NCBI GenBank assembly: GCA_028534125.1
Contig: CM052816.1
Span: 96,350,001 to 96,414,000, forward strand
DNA: 64,000 nucleotides
Direction of reading: 5' to 3'
Source: Lama glama
Taxonomy: Eukaryota
The notes below the pieces were generated by a model. The model was not told the origin of the DNA, did no database searches, and saw only the letters and a list, made by a program, of their open reading frames with translations. Below, piece after piece: positions 1-12,119 of this stretch. Each line of letters starts with the position of its first letter. Positions within the stretch are counted from its first letter, which is position 1. Made by a program: the position numbers and the translations under genes.

Positions 1-129
1 CTAACATATTGCGTCCACAATAAAATTCATTCCACCTCTTCCATGTGAGAAATCTGAGGCCACCAGTTCAAACACGGTCCTGTTCTTTCTCAGCTTTTTG
101 GCCACTTTAAGCCAAATGGCCCAGGTATG

Positions 130-565
130 AGACGTATGGAAGTTCAAAATGGTTCCCGTGTCAGGTAATATGAGCTGGGAGCAAAATCTGGATTCTGGAA
201 AATCCAAACTATCCTGGCATCTTGTCACTAAGAAGAGAGCTTCGATAGGAGGTGCAGATAGCTCAATTTCCTGTACAATGTTGCCAGTGCCTTGTTTTAA
301 GATGGTGATTTAACACTTCATCTGGGTCTTGTTGGTTCAAAGCAGAGGACTGATTGGCTGTACTTTGAAGGAAATCATTCTTAGGTGTCCTTGAACTCAG
401 GAACAGAACTTGAACAAGAAGCACACCGCAGTCAGAGGTGACTTCCGCCGTCACAGGGGTGCGGCACCAGAGGAAGAGTGCCCTGGTGTGTTCAGAATTT
501 AGGTGAACCCATCTCAGCCTTCCAGAAACTGACATCACTTTAATTTTACATCTTCCAAAAAAACA
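130..565 (+). repeat. Left arm of an ancient inverted duplication (partner ~14860-16350, minus strand)
   Basis: Manual alignment: 296-338 matches the reverse complement of 15067-15109 at 31/43 ungapped. catctcagccttc (510-522) and tacatcttccaaaa (547-560) are exact reverse complements of 14899-14911 and 14861-14874. Confidence 0.85.
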
Positions 566-1126
566 AACACCTTAGCATTTGTTCTGTAGTAGGAATGCCA
601 ACATGATGCCTATAGAAGGTAGAGGTTTTTGTCACTGTCCCTCTTGGGGCAAGTCTGTAGAGTCAAAAAGTCAGATACAGGCTGGTGATGGCTGCCACAG
701 ATTCGGGGGGTGGGATGAGAGCCACCTGGAATATTGCCTGCTGTTTGTTTGTTTGAGGTGGAGTGTCAAAACTGCTTCACAAGTTCACAAATTTGTCACT
801 CAATTTGGGTTAAGAAAGTTAACGGTGTTTTCTCTGCTAAAGTTGATTTCTTTTCCCCTGTACCATGACTGTTGGCCAAAATCAAACTTGAACTTCTGCA
901 CTTTGAAAGAAAGCACAGTATGAACCTTCAACACAAGTACCTACATTCATCACCAAAATTCTACATCGTCCGCAAAGAAAATACACAAACTTGGTCCAAT
1001 GTAGGGTTCTTCAAAAGTGTGTACCTAAACTTGTGTATTATGCCACTTGATGTGACTTTTGAAGACGTTACAAAATGTTAAACGCCTCATTCTGTGTTAA
1101 TTTGCTGTTGCTGTTTTGTGATACAA

Positions 1127-1132
1127 AATAAA
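1127..1132 (+). terminator. Candidate proximal polyadenylation signal
   Basis: AATAAA preceded by UG-rich sequence and followed by a GU/U-rich tract (gggattgtttcattttttttc). Confidence 0.5.
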
Positions 1133-2057
1133 CTTATTTGGGATTGTTTCATTTTTTTTCTTTGAACCTTCTCCCAAGCCACCTTGTGCCCTTGGTAAAC
1201 TTAGAGAAAGTTACTGACCTTGAGGTTCATTTTTTAAAGGCAAAATGTATTCGTCATAATGGAGCTTTTTCAGGATGAGGTAGCACTGTCTCCCCTTCAT
1301 TTGAATGAGAGAAATGGAGCTTTGGCTGCCCTGTCGGGATGCTCGTGGGTTGCCAGGCACTCCCTTGCAGGACCATTGCGGGTACCACACAGTTTCTCCG
1401 TCCTTACATTTGACTTTCAGGGTTTCATCGGAAACCTGGATGTTAGAAATGTGCAGTACAAGTTTCTAGTGGTCTTCACTTTCATCTTTTCTGTTCATCA
1501 ATTTGCTGGTCTTAAACGCTCATGTGAGAGCTGTCCAGATCTACATCCAGGAAGGTTGTCTAGTGACACCTGACAGAGACTCAGTTTTCAGAATCAGTTT
1601 AGGACCCCGGTTGTGGCCAGGCAGGCGGGACCTTATCTCCTGCTGCCCCGTATCAACAGTGGAAGTTCAGGGAGGGGCGGGCGGGTGACCCAGCCAGTCA
1701 GCAGACACCAGCTCTCATCCTCCCAGCCTCACCCCTGAGGAAAACAGATGTGCTCATAAGGTCAAATGAGCTGGTGTCACAGCAGTGAGACTTTCCTGCT
1801 CATCCTCTGTTCTTGGCGAATTGCCAGTTGCTAGAAACCTCGTCATCTTTTGCAAACAATAAATTCATAAAGAATAACCCCTAGTCCTGGTGACGGTCCA
1901 GCCATCTTCCTTTCATAGCAGCTCTTCCTCATCTCTATCTGCCATTTTGGGGACAAAATAAGAGAACCCTAATATGTACAGTAAAAATTGTATTATATTT
2001 TTTGTACTTATGTTTTATGTAAATAGTTTGTCTCATTCTATTGTAAGTGAGCATTGA

Positions 2058-2063
2058 AATAAA
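2058..2063 (+). terminator. Candidate distal polyadenylation signal
   Basis: AATAAA after an AU-rich block (1972-2050) with several TGTA motifs; downstream gtttggtggcattttttc. Confidence 0.5.
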
Positions 2064-3571
2064 GCCTACCGTTTAGGAAACAGTTTGGTGGCATTTTTCT
2101 TTGCATGGCCTCAAGGACCGCTGTGTCCCCAGATGTGCTGAGGCTTGATTGCTACTTGAAAGAGAGCCTTTCATGGGAGTGGCTGCAGACCGCCTCCTGA
2201 GTAAACCTCACACCCCGCTCCTGTGCGATAGGTCCTACTGCCTCTCGCGTGGAGGCCAAGACAGACCAACCAGCTTCTCGATGACTCTGGGATGATGCCG
2301 TGAACAACTTGTACAAGTATTTCTATGGCCAACAGGAAATGCATGTTAAGAAAAACTAATCAGGTTTTTAATTTACAGAGAGTCAGTATCCTGTGCCGTT
2401 GATGACCATTTTATTGTTAGATTATGTCATGTTGTCTGTAGCAAACGTATCCCATTCTTCCTTGCATAAAACAAGGTTTTCCTAGGATGAACCACTGACT
2501 GTCAGTCAGCATGAACACAGCTGGAAGAGTCAGTGTTCATGATCCTATGCAATCGCCCTTCCTCTCACACACGTATACACATATACATCTCATACCGATG
2601 CGCACATGTATGTGTGATGAAGCAGACGTGTATAGTTTCACATGTATAATTTTCAATTGACCAAAAAGCTGTAAAGCCTATTTAATATGGGCACCAAAAA
2701 TGAACATAATAAAACAAAGCTATACTAGTGAAGTGTGTTATGATTAAACTACTTTTAATGCCAACTAATGAAACATGGATTGTTTCAACCCGTCTTTACC
2801 CAGATAGATGATCCAGGCTCACTACAGAGTTCAGACTCTCCTGTTGGAAGGTTGGATGTCCTATAGTGCTGAAAGAATAATTTCCTGCAGCTTTCCGGGG
2901 AGATCTGTTCTTTCCAGGTGGACAACCCAGGAAGTTATTAACTCTGGCTGCAGATTGGTACTATCTGGGGAGTGTTTTTTTAAGACAGCACATGGATGTA
3001 ATGGCAGGAAAAGGTTCAGTGCTCCCACATCCACATCCAGATGTCAACAGCAACATCACTGTCGTGGAGGTGACTGCAAACCACAGACGCACTCTTCTTG
3101 AAGCCCAACCGAATGTATCCCCACCTCAGTGTCCCGACAGAACCTCCCAGAAACGCCCGCAGCCACTCTAACATCACCTAACAGAAGGGGAAATGCGATG
3201 CACAGAGAGGGAATCAGAACGGAAAGAGAAAGGGGACTTAGCTGCAGTTGAATTCTGTACCTGATCACATTTTAGAAACCCACACGGCCATATTGCAAGG
3301 GGCCCTGAGGCATGTGCTCTGTTACCGCTGTCGTGTTCCACGTCTGTACCGCCGGGCACAAGGTCTGCACTGCCGGGCACAAGGTCTGCACTGGGAAATG
3401 CGAAACCCAGCTGGACCGAGACACCCGTGCCTTTGGCTCCTCCATGACAGGGAGGCGGTGCTGGGCATCCCATCCAACATGGCTCTGCCCTGATGGCTGG
3501 TGGTCCTGGGCTGCTCACTTCTCGGTGCCCCAGTCTCTCATTGGCACAGGAAGGTAATAAGAACACCTATC

Positions 3572-3989
3572 CGGGGACACCTCGTTTTACTGCGCTTCAC
3601 AGATTCTGTGTTTTTTTACAAACTGAAGGTTTCCAGCAATGTGTCAAGTCTCCTGGTGCCATTTTCCAACAGCATTTGCTCCGCTGGTGCTTCTGTGTCA
3701 CATTTTGCTAATTCTCACAATACTTCAAGCTCTCCATCAGCAAAAAGATTACAACTCGCTGAAGGCTCAGATGATGGTTAGCAATTTTTAGCAATAAAGT
3801 AATCTTTCAGTTAAGGTAATAATTTTTTTTCAGACATAATACTATTGCACACTTAATAGACTACAGCGTAGTGTAAACCTGACTTTTACATACGCTAAGA
3901 AACCAAAAATTTGTGTGACTGGCTGTATTGCGATATTCACTTTACTGCAGTGGTCTGGACCCGAATCCATGATATTTAAGGTCTGCTTG
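3572..3989 (+). mobile_element. Non-autonomous, internally deleted Tigger1 (TcMar-Tigger; Tigger1a-like)
   Basis: Tigger1 left end (acctcgttttactgcgcttc...tttacaaactgaaggttt) joined directly to the right end (cagcaaaaagattacaactcgctgaaggctcagatgat...aggtctgcttg), followed by TA. Confidence 0.9.
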
Positions 3990-5399
3990 TACTGAAAAGT
4001 CATTCTGATGATTCGTCGAGTTAATGCAAACAAAGCACGTAGCAAACGGCCTGACCACATACAAAACGTTGAAGAAACAGGTCATTACTGTTGTTGCTTT
4101 TATTGTAAATGGAAAGACAATGTGAATAATATTTAAATGAGTGACACTTTATTGAAAACTCCTTGTGGCAACTGGGACATTATACAGTTAAAAAGAAAGA
4201 AAATCCCACAGTATTTGAAGAGGGGCAGCGTGCTTTCAGACCAAGTGATTATCAGAACAGATCTGTGTCCAGTGCAGAGAAACAATGCATGTTTGGGGGA
4301 TTGTTCCAGAGTCAACAAAACACAGGCAAGTTGTGATTAGCCTAGACTACAGAGGTGCCAAAAGGAAGGGAACATTTAGATTTTCGATCGTTCCATTCTG
4401 TGGAACCCAGAGCCGCCTGTCCTGTCCTCTCCTCGTGCTGTGATGGAAGGACTCGCTCAGATCACACCTGTCAGCAAATAAGGCTGTCTGTCCATCGAAG
4501 GCAATGTTCTCATTATTTCTGCGTGTTATGTAAACAAACAGCGTGAGGAACTTTAATTTGCTCAAGAATTATGAAAAAGAGATTTTCTGTGGTCTGCAGT
4601 CCGAGTTGCTAGGTACCTTGGGCACAGTGACCTTGGGATAATCAGAGAGAGGAAAAAGGTTTGAAGAGACATGCAGTTTTGAGTGTTTTAGTTGCTTCTA
4701 ACCTATTTTCCTTTGGCCAAGAGAGATGATGTTGGGAAATCCTATGGGGTAAAAGCAACAAAAATCCAGCCTCTGAACTACCCTTCAGAAAACGGAGACT
4801 GAGGTGATCATCACACCCCACGGGCTGCTTGGGAACATGACGAAAACCTGCTCATGAAAACGTATTTTATGACTAGGATATAAGTTTCCACATCTGAGCT
4901 TTCAGTTTGACTTTTCACTGCCTTATCTTTTCAAGTTTTATAAAAATCAGGATTGGGAAAATTTGTGAAATACACCAAAATTCACACAGTATGGGTCCTG
5001 GAATTTTCTGGAAGTGTTCCCCTGCGGGAAAGGGGCTGCAAGTAAGAGGTGATACATGAACAAGTCAAGTCGGCTGGAACGACACCAGGCAAGTTGCATT
5101 CACAGCAGGACTCTGAAGCCATCTTCCTTGCACACATGCTCATAAGTACTCAAATAAACTAGCCTTGGACAAATTCTGGGGTCTGAGAAAAAGAAATCTT
5201 GGCAGAAGACAAAAGTAAATGCAAACATTTATTGTTTGTATAAAATGTTTATTGTGATTCTGTCCAAAGGAGAGCCACCAACAAAAGAACTGGAAGTCTA
5301 GACGTTTGAAAGCCCCCAGGACAGAGCCTGGGCCAGACCCAGATTGACGACCTGGAGCTGCACGAGCTTCAGGCACCAGAGCCCACTGCCAGGCATGTC

Positions 5400-6700
5400 C
5401 AGACCTGGGGGTGCGATTTCCTTAAAAGGAGAGGGAGGGGACCCGCTCGGGCCACCTGCAAGAGGTCACCGTAGGGAGGTGGCTGAGAGCCCGGGTCCTG
5501 TGCCTAAATGCAACGGGATACCACCTCTGAAGCGGCCTAGTTTGCGTGTCTTCTCCCACTTTTCCTGTTTGTTGTTGGTTTTCCCTTGTCTTGTGTTCCC
5601 TTTGAACTAAGGCTGGGCTGTGAGTCCTGCTGCTCCAGCCAACGTGTGAGCGAGCAGCCCGCGACCCAGTCCCCCTGTGTCCAGTGTGGCTGGGGTGACG
5701 CAGAAGTCCCCGTGCTCTCTCCCCATGCGTAAAGGAGGCCTGCGGGTCCTGGGCCAGCCGCGGTGAGGAACGAGGGGACCCCCGGGTTGGGGACAAGAGG
5801 AGGCAGGGCAGAGACTCTGAGAGCCTTGCCGTGAGGAGGGCTGGTCTGCAGGTAGGGGCGAGGAGGGAGAGAAGGGAGCCGGGGACATCAGCCTTGAAGC
5901 CCGGCTCAGCCTCAGTGAGAACACAGGCCAGAGAAACAAATGGTTCTCGTCATCTTGGGGAGTCTCAGGACACATGGTTTTGGTGTGGTGTTGAGGGCTG
6001 GCACGAGCTGTGGAGAATGCCGTCTCCCCGCTTCTGTGTGGGACCAGAGCTCTCCGTCCCCTGAGCCCTGGGGTCTTGGGAACATGGACAGCACCCTTGG
6101 CGACAGCGCTGGCTTTCTCCCACGGCTGGTGGAGGGGTAGCCGCTCCAAGCAGAGGCGGGAGCAGGAGCGGCTGCTTTGAGGGAGCGCAGTGGACCCTGG
6201 TGAGGAGAAGAGGGGGCCCTTCCTGGGGTGCGGCTGTGAGTGGGGCTCCCGCCCGTGGATGCAGCCCGGGGGCTCCCGAGGCCCTGGGAGGCAGGTGGCA
6301 GCGGGCTGAGCACCCGGGGAGCACCTGAGGGGCAGGTGGGGGAGCCGGGAGCCCTCGGGGGTCCCTCAGCTGCCTGAGCACACCCGCTCCAGCCCGCCTG
6401 TGCCCGTCGCTCTCTCGAAGTGAACCGGGTCAGAGAGCGTCCACGAGTAAACTAGGTGTGAACAGAAACGTGTCAGTAAACTGGGTGCACAGGAGAACAG
6501 GTCACGTCACTGTGTGCAGCTTGTAGCGTGAATGTGGGAGCTTTGTCCGCGACCAGAACGGTACAGTCACTGCACGTGCAGGGAGGGGTCCTGAAAACCC
6601 CCCGATGAGAGCCAGCCCCGCGTGGGAAGTGGCTGGTGGGTGACGGCCAGCGGGACGGACCCTGTAAGGCATGTTAACGAGTTTAACAATTGTCCACACC
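5400..6700. promoter_or_regulatory. GC/CpG-rich island-like segment
   Basis: Visibly high GC and many CpGs compared with the AT-rich right part of the window; not computed. Confidence 0.45.
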
Positions 6701-8195
6701 GAGCTGTGTTCATTAAGAAACGTCCAAATTAAGTGCTTTCCTCTTTTCTTCTTCCTCTTCTCATTCATCCACGTTTTCTTGTCCTCACAAAATGGGGGCC
6801 AACTGCCAAATCAGGTCAACTGACCGCATCCAAACGCCTCACCCCTGGGGGCAGGGGACGGGCACCTACTTGGAGAAACACAGTCTAGCAAAAACCAGCC
6901 CTTTTACAGCCGGTGATCTAAATACAAATCTACTACTATTTCACAGGATACCTTCCTGAAAATTCAAATCTTTATCTAAAATTATGGAAAACTGGAATTT
7001 GTGAAGCCGAAATGTCTCTTGGTTACTGGTTAGCAAACCCCTGAGCTGGGCGTTCTCAGAGGCTGTCGGGTGTGGAGGAGCCGTGTCCTCTGTGCATGGC
7101 CCTGGGGACTTCGGAGGAGGAGGGTCCTCAGAGCTCTGCTGTGAAGGGGCCGTGGGGATCTGGGAGGAGGGGGATTCCTGAGAGAAGGGGCCATTCACCA
7201 CTTACCCCAAAAGGCAGGGGTTGAGCAGACGAAGGGCAGTCGTTGACAATCGGTAGTTATACATTTTAGGCAAAGCAAAGGGTATCAGCCGGTGAAAGGA
7301 AGTGAGGATGCCCGTAGCGGGCGGCTGCGGTGAGGCTGGGGGTAAAGAGAGTTTGATAGGAACAGAGCATTTCTGTGGAGCGAGGTGAGAGGAAAAGGGA
7401 GATGTGGGAAGATCAGGGGAGCCCAGCACGGAGGCCCTGGGAAGAAGCAAAAACAACTCTTAAAACGAGGGGCCTTGGCTCCTTTTTAAGTTGTTCAGCA
7501 ACTTCCTTTTTAAAATAAAGTTTATGTGAAACACAATTATACGGAACAATTAAGGGTGGAGCTGGTCCGGCTGTGGAAGAAACCTGCTTTCCCTGGGCTC
7601 TTCCCCACGGCCGGGGCTGCTGGTACCAACCTGAGCCTCCAGCTCAAACCGCCTTGCCGGGAGGAATCCGCACCCTGGGAGGCATCCCCGGGAGGTGATG
7701 GTCCTTTTCTGGACCTGCGGCTGTAAATGCGGCACAGCCGGGCGAGAAGGGTTTTGTGTATCTAGAGTGAGCCAAAGAGGGAGAGATGATGGGTGTGTTG
7801 AGAGCAAGAAAGGGCCCCTGGGCAGGGTCCAGGCTTTTGTTAAGGATGGACCCTCTGGCAATCGGCACATGTGAAATTGCCGGATCTGGAGACAAGGATG
7901 TGGGAGGGGAGAGCTCTCAATGCTTAGAAAATAGCCCACTGGCCTGTTTATCTTACCCATTGCTGTGAACTTTACCACCTAGTCAGGCTATTTTCTGAAA
8001 GCTTTTCAGAAAACAAGTTTCAACAGTGTAACAACATGAGACCTGCGCAACAGCCAACCCTATTGTTGAGCTGCTTAAGAAGTGTTTCGGGCTTGAAAAG
8101 GTTATCTTTTGTGAGGCAATGAGATGTCCCCCAACCCAGGTGGAGATGCCCTTTGGATCTGTTGCTAGTACCCCCCGGGGTGGCAGCCCACTCAC

Positions 8196-8345
8196 CTTCC
8201 CGGCTTAATGTGGGTAATGGAAAGGAAAGGATTAGATGCTTGGAAACCATGCGGAGGAAGGGATTAGGGAAAATATCCAGGCATGTCTCAGTCTGACCTC
8301 CATCCCGCTGTAATTGGGCATCGCCATTGACAACATTCTGACATC
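8196..8345 (-). other. Candidate 150-bp internal exon, coding status unknown
   Basis: Minus-strand acceptor cttgctttttttag|G and donor AAG|gtgagt. One phase-1 frame is open (GCQNVVNGDAQ...PTLSRE) but the protein is not recognised. Confidence 0.35.
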
Positions 8346-9229
8346 CTAAAAAAAGCAAGTTCACACATGTAACTCACAGACGGACTCATGAGAGAGAATA
8401 TTGCCAACTTTTGCCTTCAGACAATTTTTACACCTGCTTCTTTACATTGGATTCTCCCTTTAATGATTATATACGTTTCGAAGAGGGAAACTTTCTCTTG
8501 GAAAAGCTGATCTGCGTGGCTCTTATGTCACCTGTACAGTATTGTGATCAGTGTTTACTAAGTGCCCTGTTTCCATGCTTCCTCCTCAGCACACAGTCAA
8601 AGAGTGTCTCCAGGGAAATGAAATACACTTACAGAAAGAGCTGTGACATAAGAGTTTACCATCCAGAAACTTCTACCATAAATGCTTCTCATCCCTTAAA
8701 CTAAATACTGCGATAAAACAGAAGGTTGTGCAAATTAGACGTGAGGGGGAAGACACGCTGTAGGGAGTAGGGGCAGAGGGAACCAGACTTGGCCTCTGCA
8801 GGGAGGGTGCGCTTTTGTGCTGGAGGCAACAGGAGTTGAGTCTCTGGCGGAGGGGGAGGACCTGGGACGTCAGGCCCATTCATGACGTGGGGCTGAGCAA
8901 CCTGTGCTCACTGCTTAGGAGCCCACACCTGCGTCAGAGCTAGTTCTGAGCAATGGTAGGAAAAGAGCAGCCCGTGAGAATGAAGAGCCCTCAGCCTGTG
9001 TGATGTGCAAAAGTCTGGTATAGAAATAAATGTTGAAAGGTCACCCATAATCATAAAATCTGCTCCTCCCCACCCTAGCAGACTTCAAAGCAGACCTTGA
9101 AAAGGTCAGGACATTCTAAATAACATAGCTGATCGTCTAACAAGTCCCGGCATGCCACGCAGGAATGAAACAGGGCTCAGTGTTAAACGGCGCAAATCTG
9201 CCGTCTTCAGCAGCCATTGACCAAGTACC

Positions 9230-9860
9230 GAGCACGCGAAGAGGAAAACGCGGCATAAATATCTGTATGCCAAATTCACAGCCGCTTCGCTCATGGGAGC
9301 AAAACAGAGACAACAGCCCAATGTCCAGCGACTAGTGAAGGATAAACAGATTGTGGCATATCCATCAAATAGAACAGTGACGAGGTGGAATCAACCGCTG
9401 CCACACACCAGCCCGGAGGAGTCTCCAGAGCGTGACACTGGACGAAGCCGCCCATCCACACAGAAAGCGTTCCACGACCGGCGGGTCCACCGATGTGGCA
9501 TTCTAGGAAAGACAAAATCATTGTAACAGAAAATAAATTTTACTTGTATTGAAGTACAATATTTACAATATTTTACAATATTATATTAGTTTCAAGTGTA
9601 CAGCAAAGTGATTCAGTATTTTTACAGTTTATACTCCATTAAAGTTATTACAAAATAATGACTATAATTTCCTCTGCTGGGCAATACACCCTTGTTGTTT
9701 CAGAAAACAGATTTGAGGTTGCCCGGGGCTGGGGTGGGAAGGGGGCACATTCTCTACAAGGGGGCTGGAGGGAAGTTTTGGGGATGATAGAAATGACTGT
9801 TACGGTTTTATTAATGTGTATGTTTGTTAACAATGATCAAAGTTTGCCCTGAAAATTTAT
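9230..9860 (+). mobile_element. Old L1 (L1MC/ME-type) 3' fragment
   Basis: ORF2-end and 3' UTR motifs (caacagcccaatgtcca, ggataaacagattgtggcatatccat, ggttgcccggggctgggg, gttttggggatgatagaaatg). Confidence 0.75.
9541..9700 (-). mobile_element. Younger L1 3' end nested in the old L1
   Basis: attgaagta...ttacaatattatattagtttcaagtgtacagc. Flanked by a degenerate TSD: cagaaaataaattt (9527-9540) / cagaaaacagattt (9701-9714). Confidence 0.8.
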
Positions 9861-10109
9861 TTGGTGTTATTCATAGATTTCAGTAATGCTAATGGAAAAA
9901 AAAATAGTCTAGAACTGATAAAATATATTGTGGACCAGACAGGGACAAATGTAAAGTCTTACTATATAAATTCTCCACAACTGGGGGCAGAATGTGTCTC
10001 CCTAAAACAGATGCCACAGAAGGTTCTTGAGCACGTAAGAGAAGTTCCCTCCTTGAGACATACTCAGATACCACCATCCATTGATGAACATTTGGTTATT
10101 TCTAGTCTG

Positions 10110-10630
10110 GGGCTATTTCAAATCTTATAAAAAGATTTGAAAATGAGTATGTTTAAGATTTCTAAAAGATAAGAGAAGGTGTAGCATCTGTAAGGCAAGA
10201 ATAAGGCATAATGCACAAAGAAAATGGAATTCAGAAAACCCACCAAAATTCTGAAAAAAAAAACAGCTTATATTATCTTGTTTAGATTTAATGCTGTTGA
10301 TAGAAATAGAAGGATTAGACACTTGGGGAAAAAAGGAGGAAAAGATTAGGGGGAAAATATCCAAGCCATATCTCAGTGTCCTGGTATTCTATAAATCAGT
10401 AAACAGTCATTGGAAAATACCTCAAAAGAAGAGTAAATAGTAAATTTGATATTACTGATGGGAAGACAGAAGACAGAACTGAGGAAATAAGGCAAAATGA
10501 ACCACAGCTACGAAATACAAAATAGAAGTTAAGAGTCATGACAAAGAGAAAGAGAAGTATTAATATAAACCTAAGGCTGAAAATGAGACTAGAGAAATGC
10601 AGTATGAAGCAGTGTTCAGAAACACTGTTG
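10110..10630 (+). mobile_element. Degenerate L1/HAL1 ORF1 fragment, interrupted by a ~140-bp duplicated segment
   Basis: A-rich sequence resembling the ORF1 coiled-coil region (DFKMSMFK..., EDRTEEIRQNE...). Confidence 0.55.
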
Positions 10631-10777
10631 GGTACCAGATTATAATACCTCACTTAGATGTAATGCTGTTGGTAGAAATAAAAGGATTAGACAGTTGGGG
10701 AAAATAAAGAGGAAAGGTTTTAGTGAAAAATATCCAAGACGTATCTCAATGTCCCAGGATTCTATAAGTCAGTATAC
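10282..10777 (+). repeat. Direct repeat of ~125-140 bp (10282-10404 and 10654-10777), with a more diverged third copy at 8205-8345
   Basis: The first 51 nt of the two copies match at 47/51. The core aaggattaga...aaaatatcca...tctca is shared by all three. Confidence 0.9.
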
Positions 10778-12119
10778 CAATGACAAGTTCTTGAACAATA
10801 GTTTATCAAACAGAGCTTACTGTCTATAAAAGATGGGCAGTTCTCCACTGTAGGTTGGAGTTGTTCCTGGGAAATGGCTACACAGAGAAGGACTTCATTT
10901 CTCTACCTGAGTGCCTTTAGGTGAATCAAACAAGCATTCTGAACGGTGCGCTGTGAGCAGTGGAAAAGGTGTGAGTCTCTCCCAGTCCCTGCTCAAGTGT
11001 TGACTGAAAGTGCCAAGTGAGTCCTTGGAAGTCATGTGTTGACTAAGGCATTGGCACTGCCACCAGGGACCCCCAGAAGACTCAGCAGGATTAGTTTGAA
11101 ATTCATTCATATTGCTGATATACCAATAGTTTATTTTCCCTCCTACCACCCCTCCTGGCTCAATTAGCCTGGAAGGTATATGTGCATAAAACCAAACTCT
11201 TATGGGTGTTTGGCTGTTGTGCAATTTAGACCTATTCGTTTAATCAGTTAGAGTTCCCTAAATGTTACCAAAACATCATTTAAAATATTTCTATTATCCT
11301 ATGCTTCCTCCATGAGGCATCGAAACCCTTTGATCTTTTAAAAAGATCATTGTAATATTTTTTCAAGACTATTGTTTGTTCAGTAAGTTCCCTGTTGAAT
11401 TATCAGAGATAAATGATGTTAAAATGGCTCATTTGTGCAATGAACTTACACAAGGTATGTTTTTCCAGGTTTGCAAAAATAACTGAAGCATTTGCTAGAA
11501 AATAGATGTTATTTCTTAAAGAGACAGAGATTCTATGTTATGGTTTTGAACTGCTCAAGGTCACGGAGCCCATAAAAATTTCAGTACCTTTAATGTCAAG
11601 ACTCTGTGAAAAATCACTGTTGGGTTCATGGAAATTATGCATTGATGAGAAATAGGAAATAGAACTTTTCAGCATTCTATAAGAAGATAAGATATTTTAA
11701 GTTCTTTCAGGGAGAAAAACCTAAAGATTGAAGTCATGATTTGAGGTTTTAGAAACTTTAATTACCTACCGTTCCAGAGGCTAATAAATCTCCCCACGTT
11801 TCCACTTGCTGCTGGCCGTGGACACTTCACAGCATCTTGTATGTCTCGTTGCATTTCTCCAACTTGGACAAGACAGAAATGATTCTAAATCACAGATTTG
11901 GGGGAGGAGAGGGTGCTGACACATACTAAAATAATGACAATGTTAAAACAATAATGGCAATGTTTATGGCATTCATTCAGCAGAGTTACATTCAAATGTT
12001 GGATTAAACTGAACATGAACATATTGAGAAGTACATTTGGGAGAGGGTAATTTTGAAGCAAGATCTTTGGACTACCAGTCAGGGGTCCAGCTTCGTTCCT
12101 TGACCAATGACTGTGATGT

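Larger units (their letters stand above)
1..2085 (+). other. Probable 3' UTR / terminal exon end of an unidentified gene lying upstream of the window
   Basis: Mostly repeat-free with no credible ORF. Two AATAAA signals lie in typical context (1127, 2058), with U-rich tracts, several TGTA motifs and a Pumilio-type TGTAAATA at 2018-2025. Inference; the gene is not recognised. Confidence 0.45.

Noticed and set aside
1..228. 75-aa minus-strand ORF as a gene fragment
   Set aside because: It has a non-ATG start and no recognisable domain, and it lies in apparent + strand UTR.
3351..3392. 21-bp tandem repeat x2 (gccgggcacaaggtctgcact)
   Set aside because: Ordinary slippage duplication with no spacer.
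5422..6381. Overlapping 120-180 aa ORFs
   Set aside because: Expected from stop-codon scarcity in GC-rich DNA; low-complexity products.
7991..8013. 10-bp inverted repeat ttttctgaaa-gct-tttcagaaaa
   Set aside because: AT-rich, plausible by chance in 64 kb, and not matching STAT or HSE spacing.
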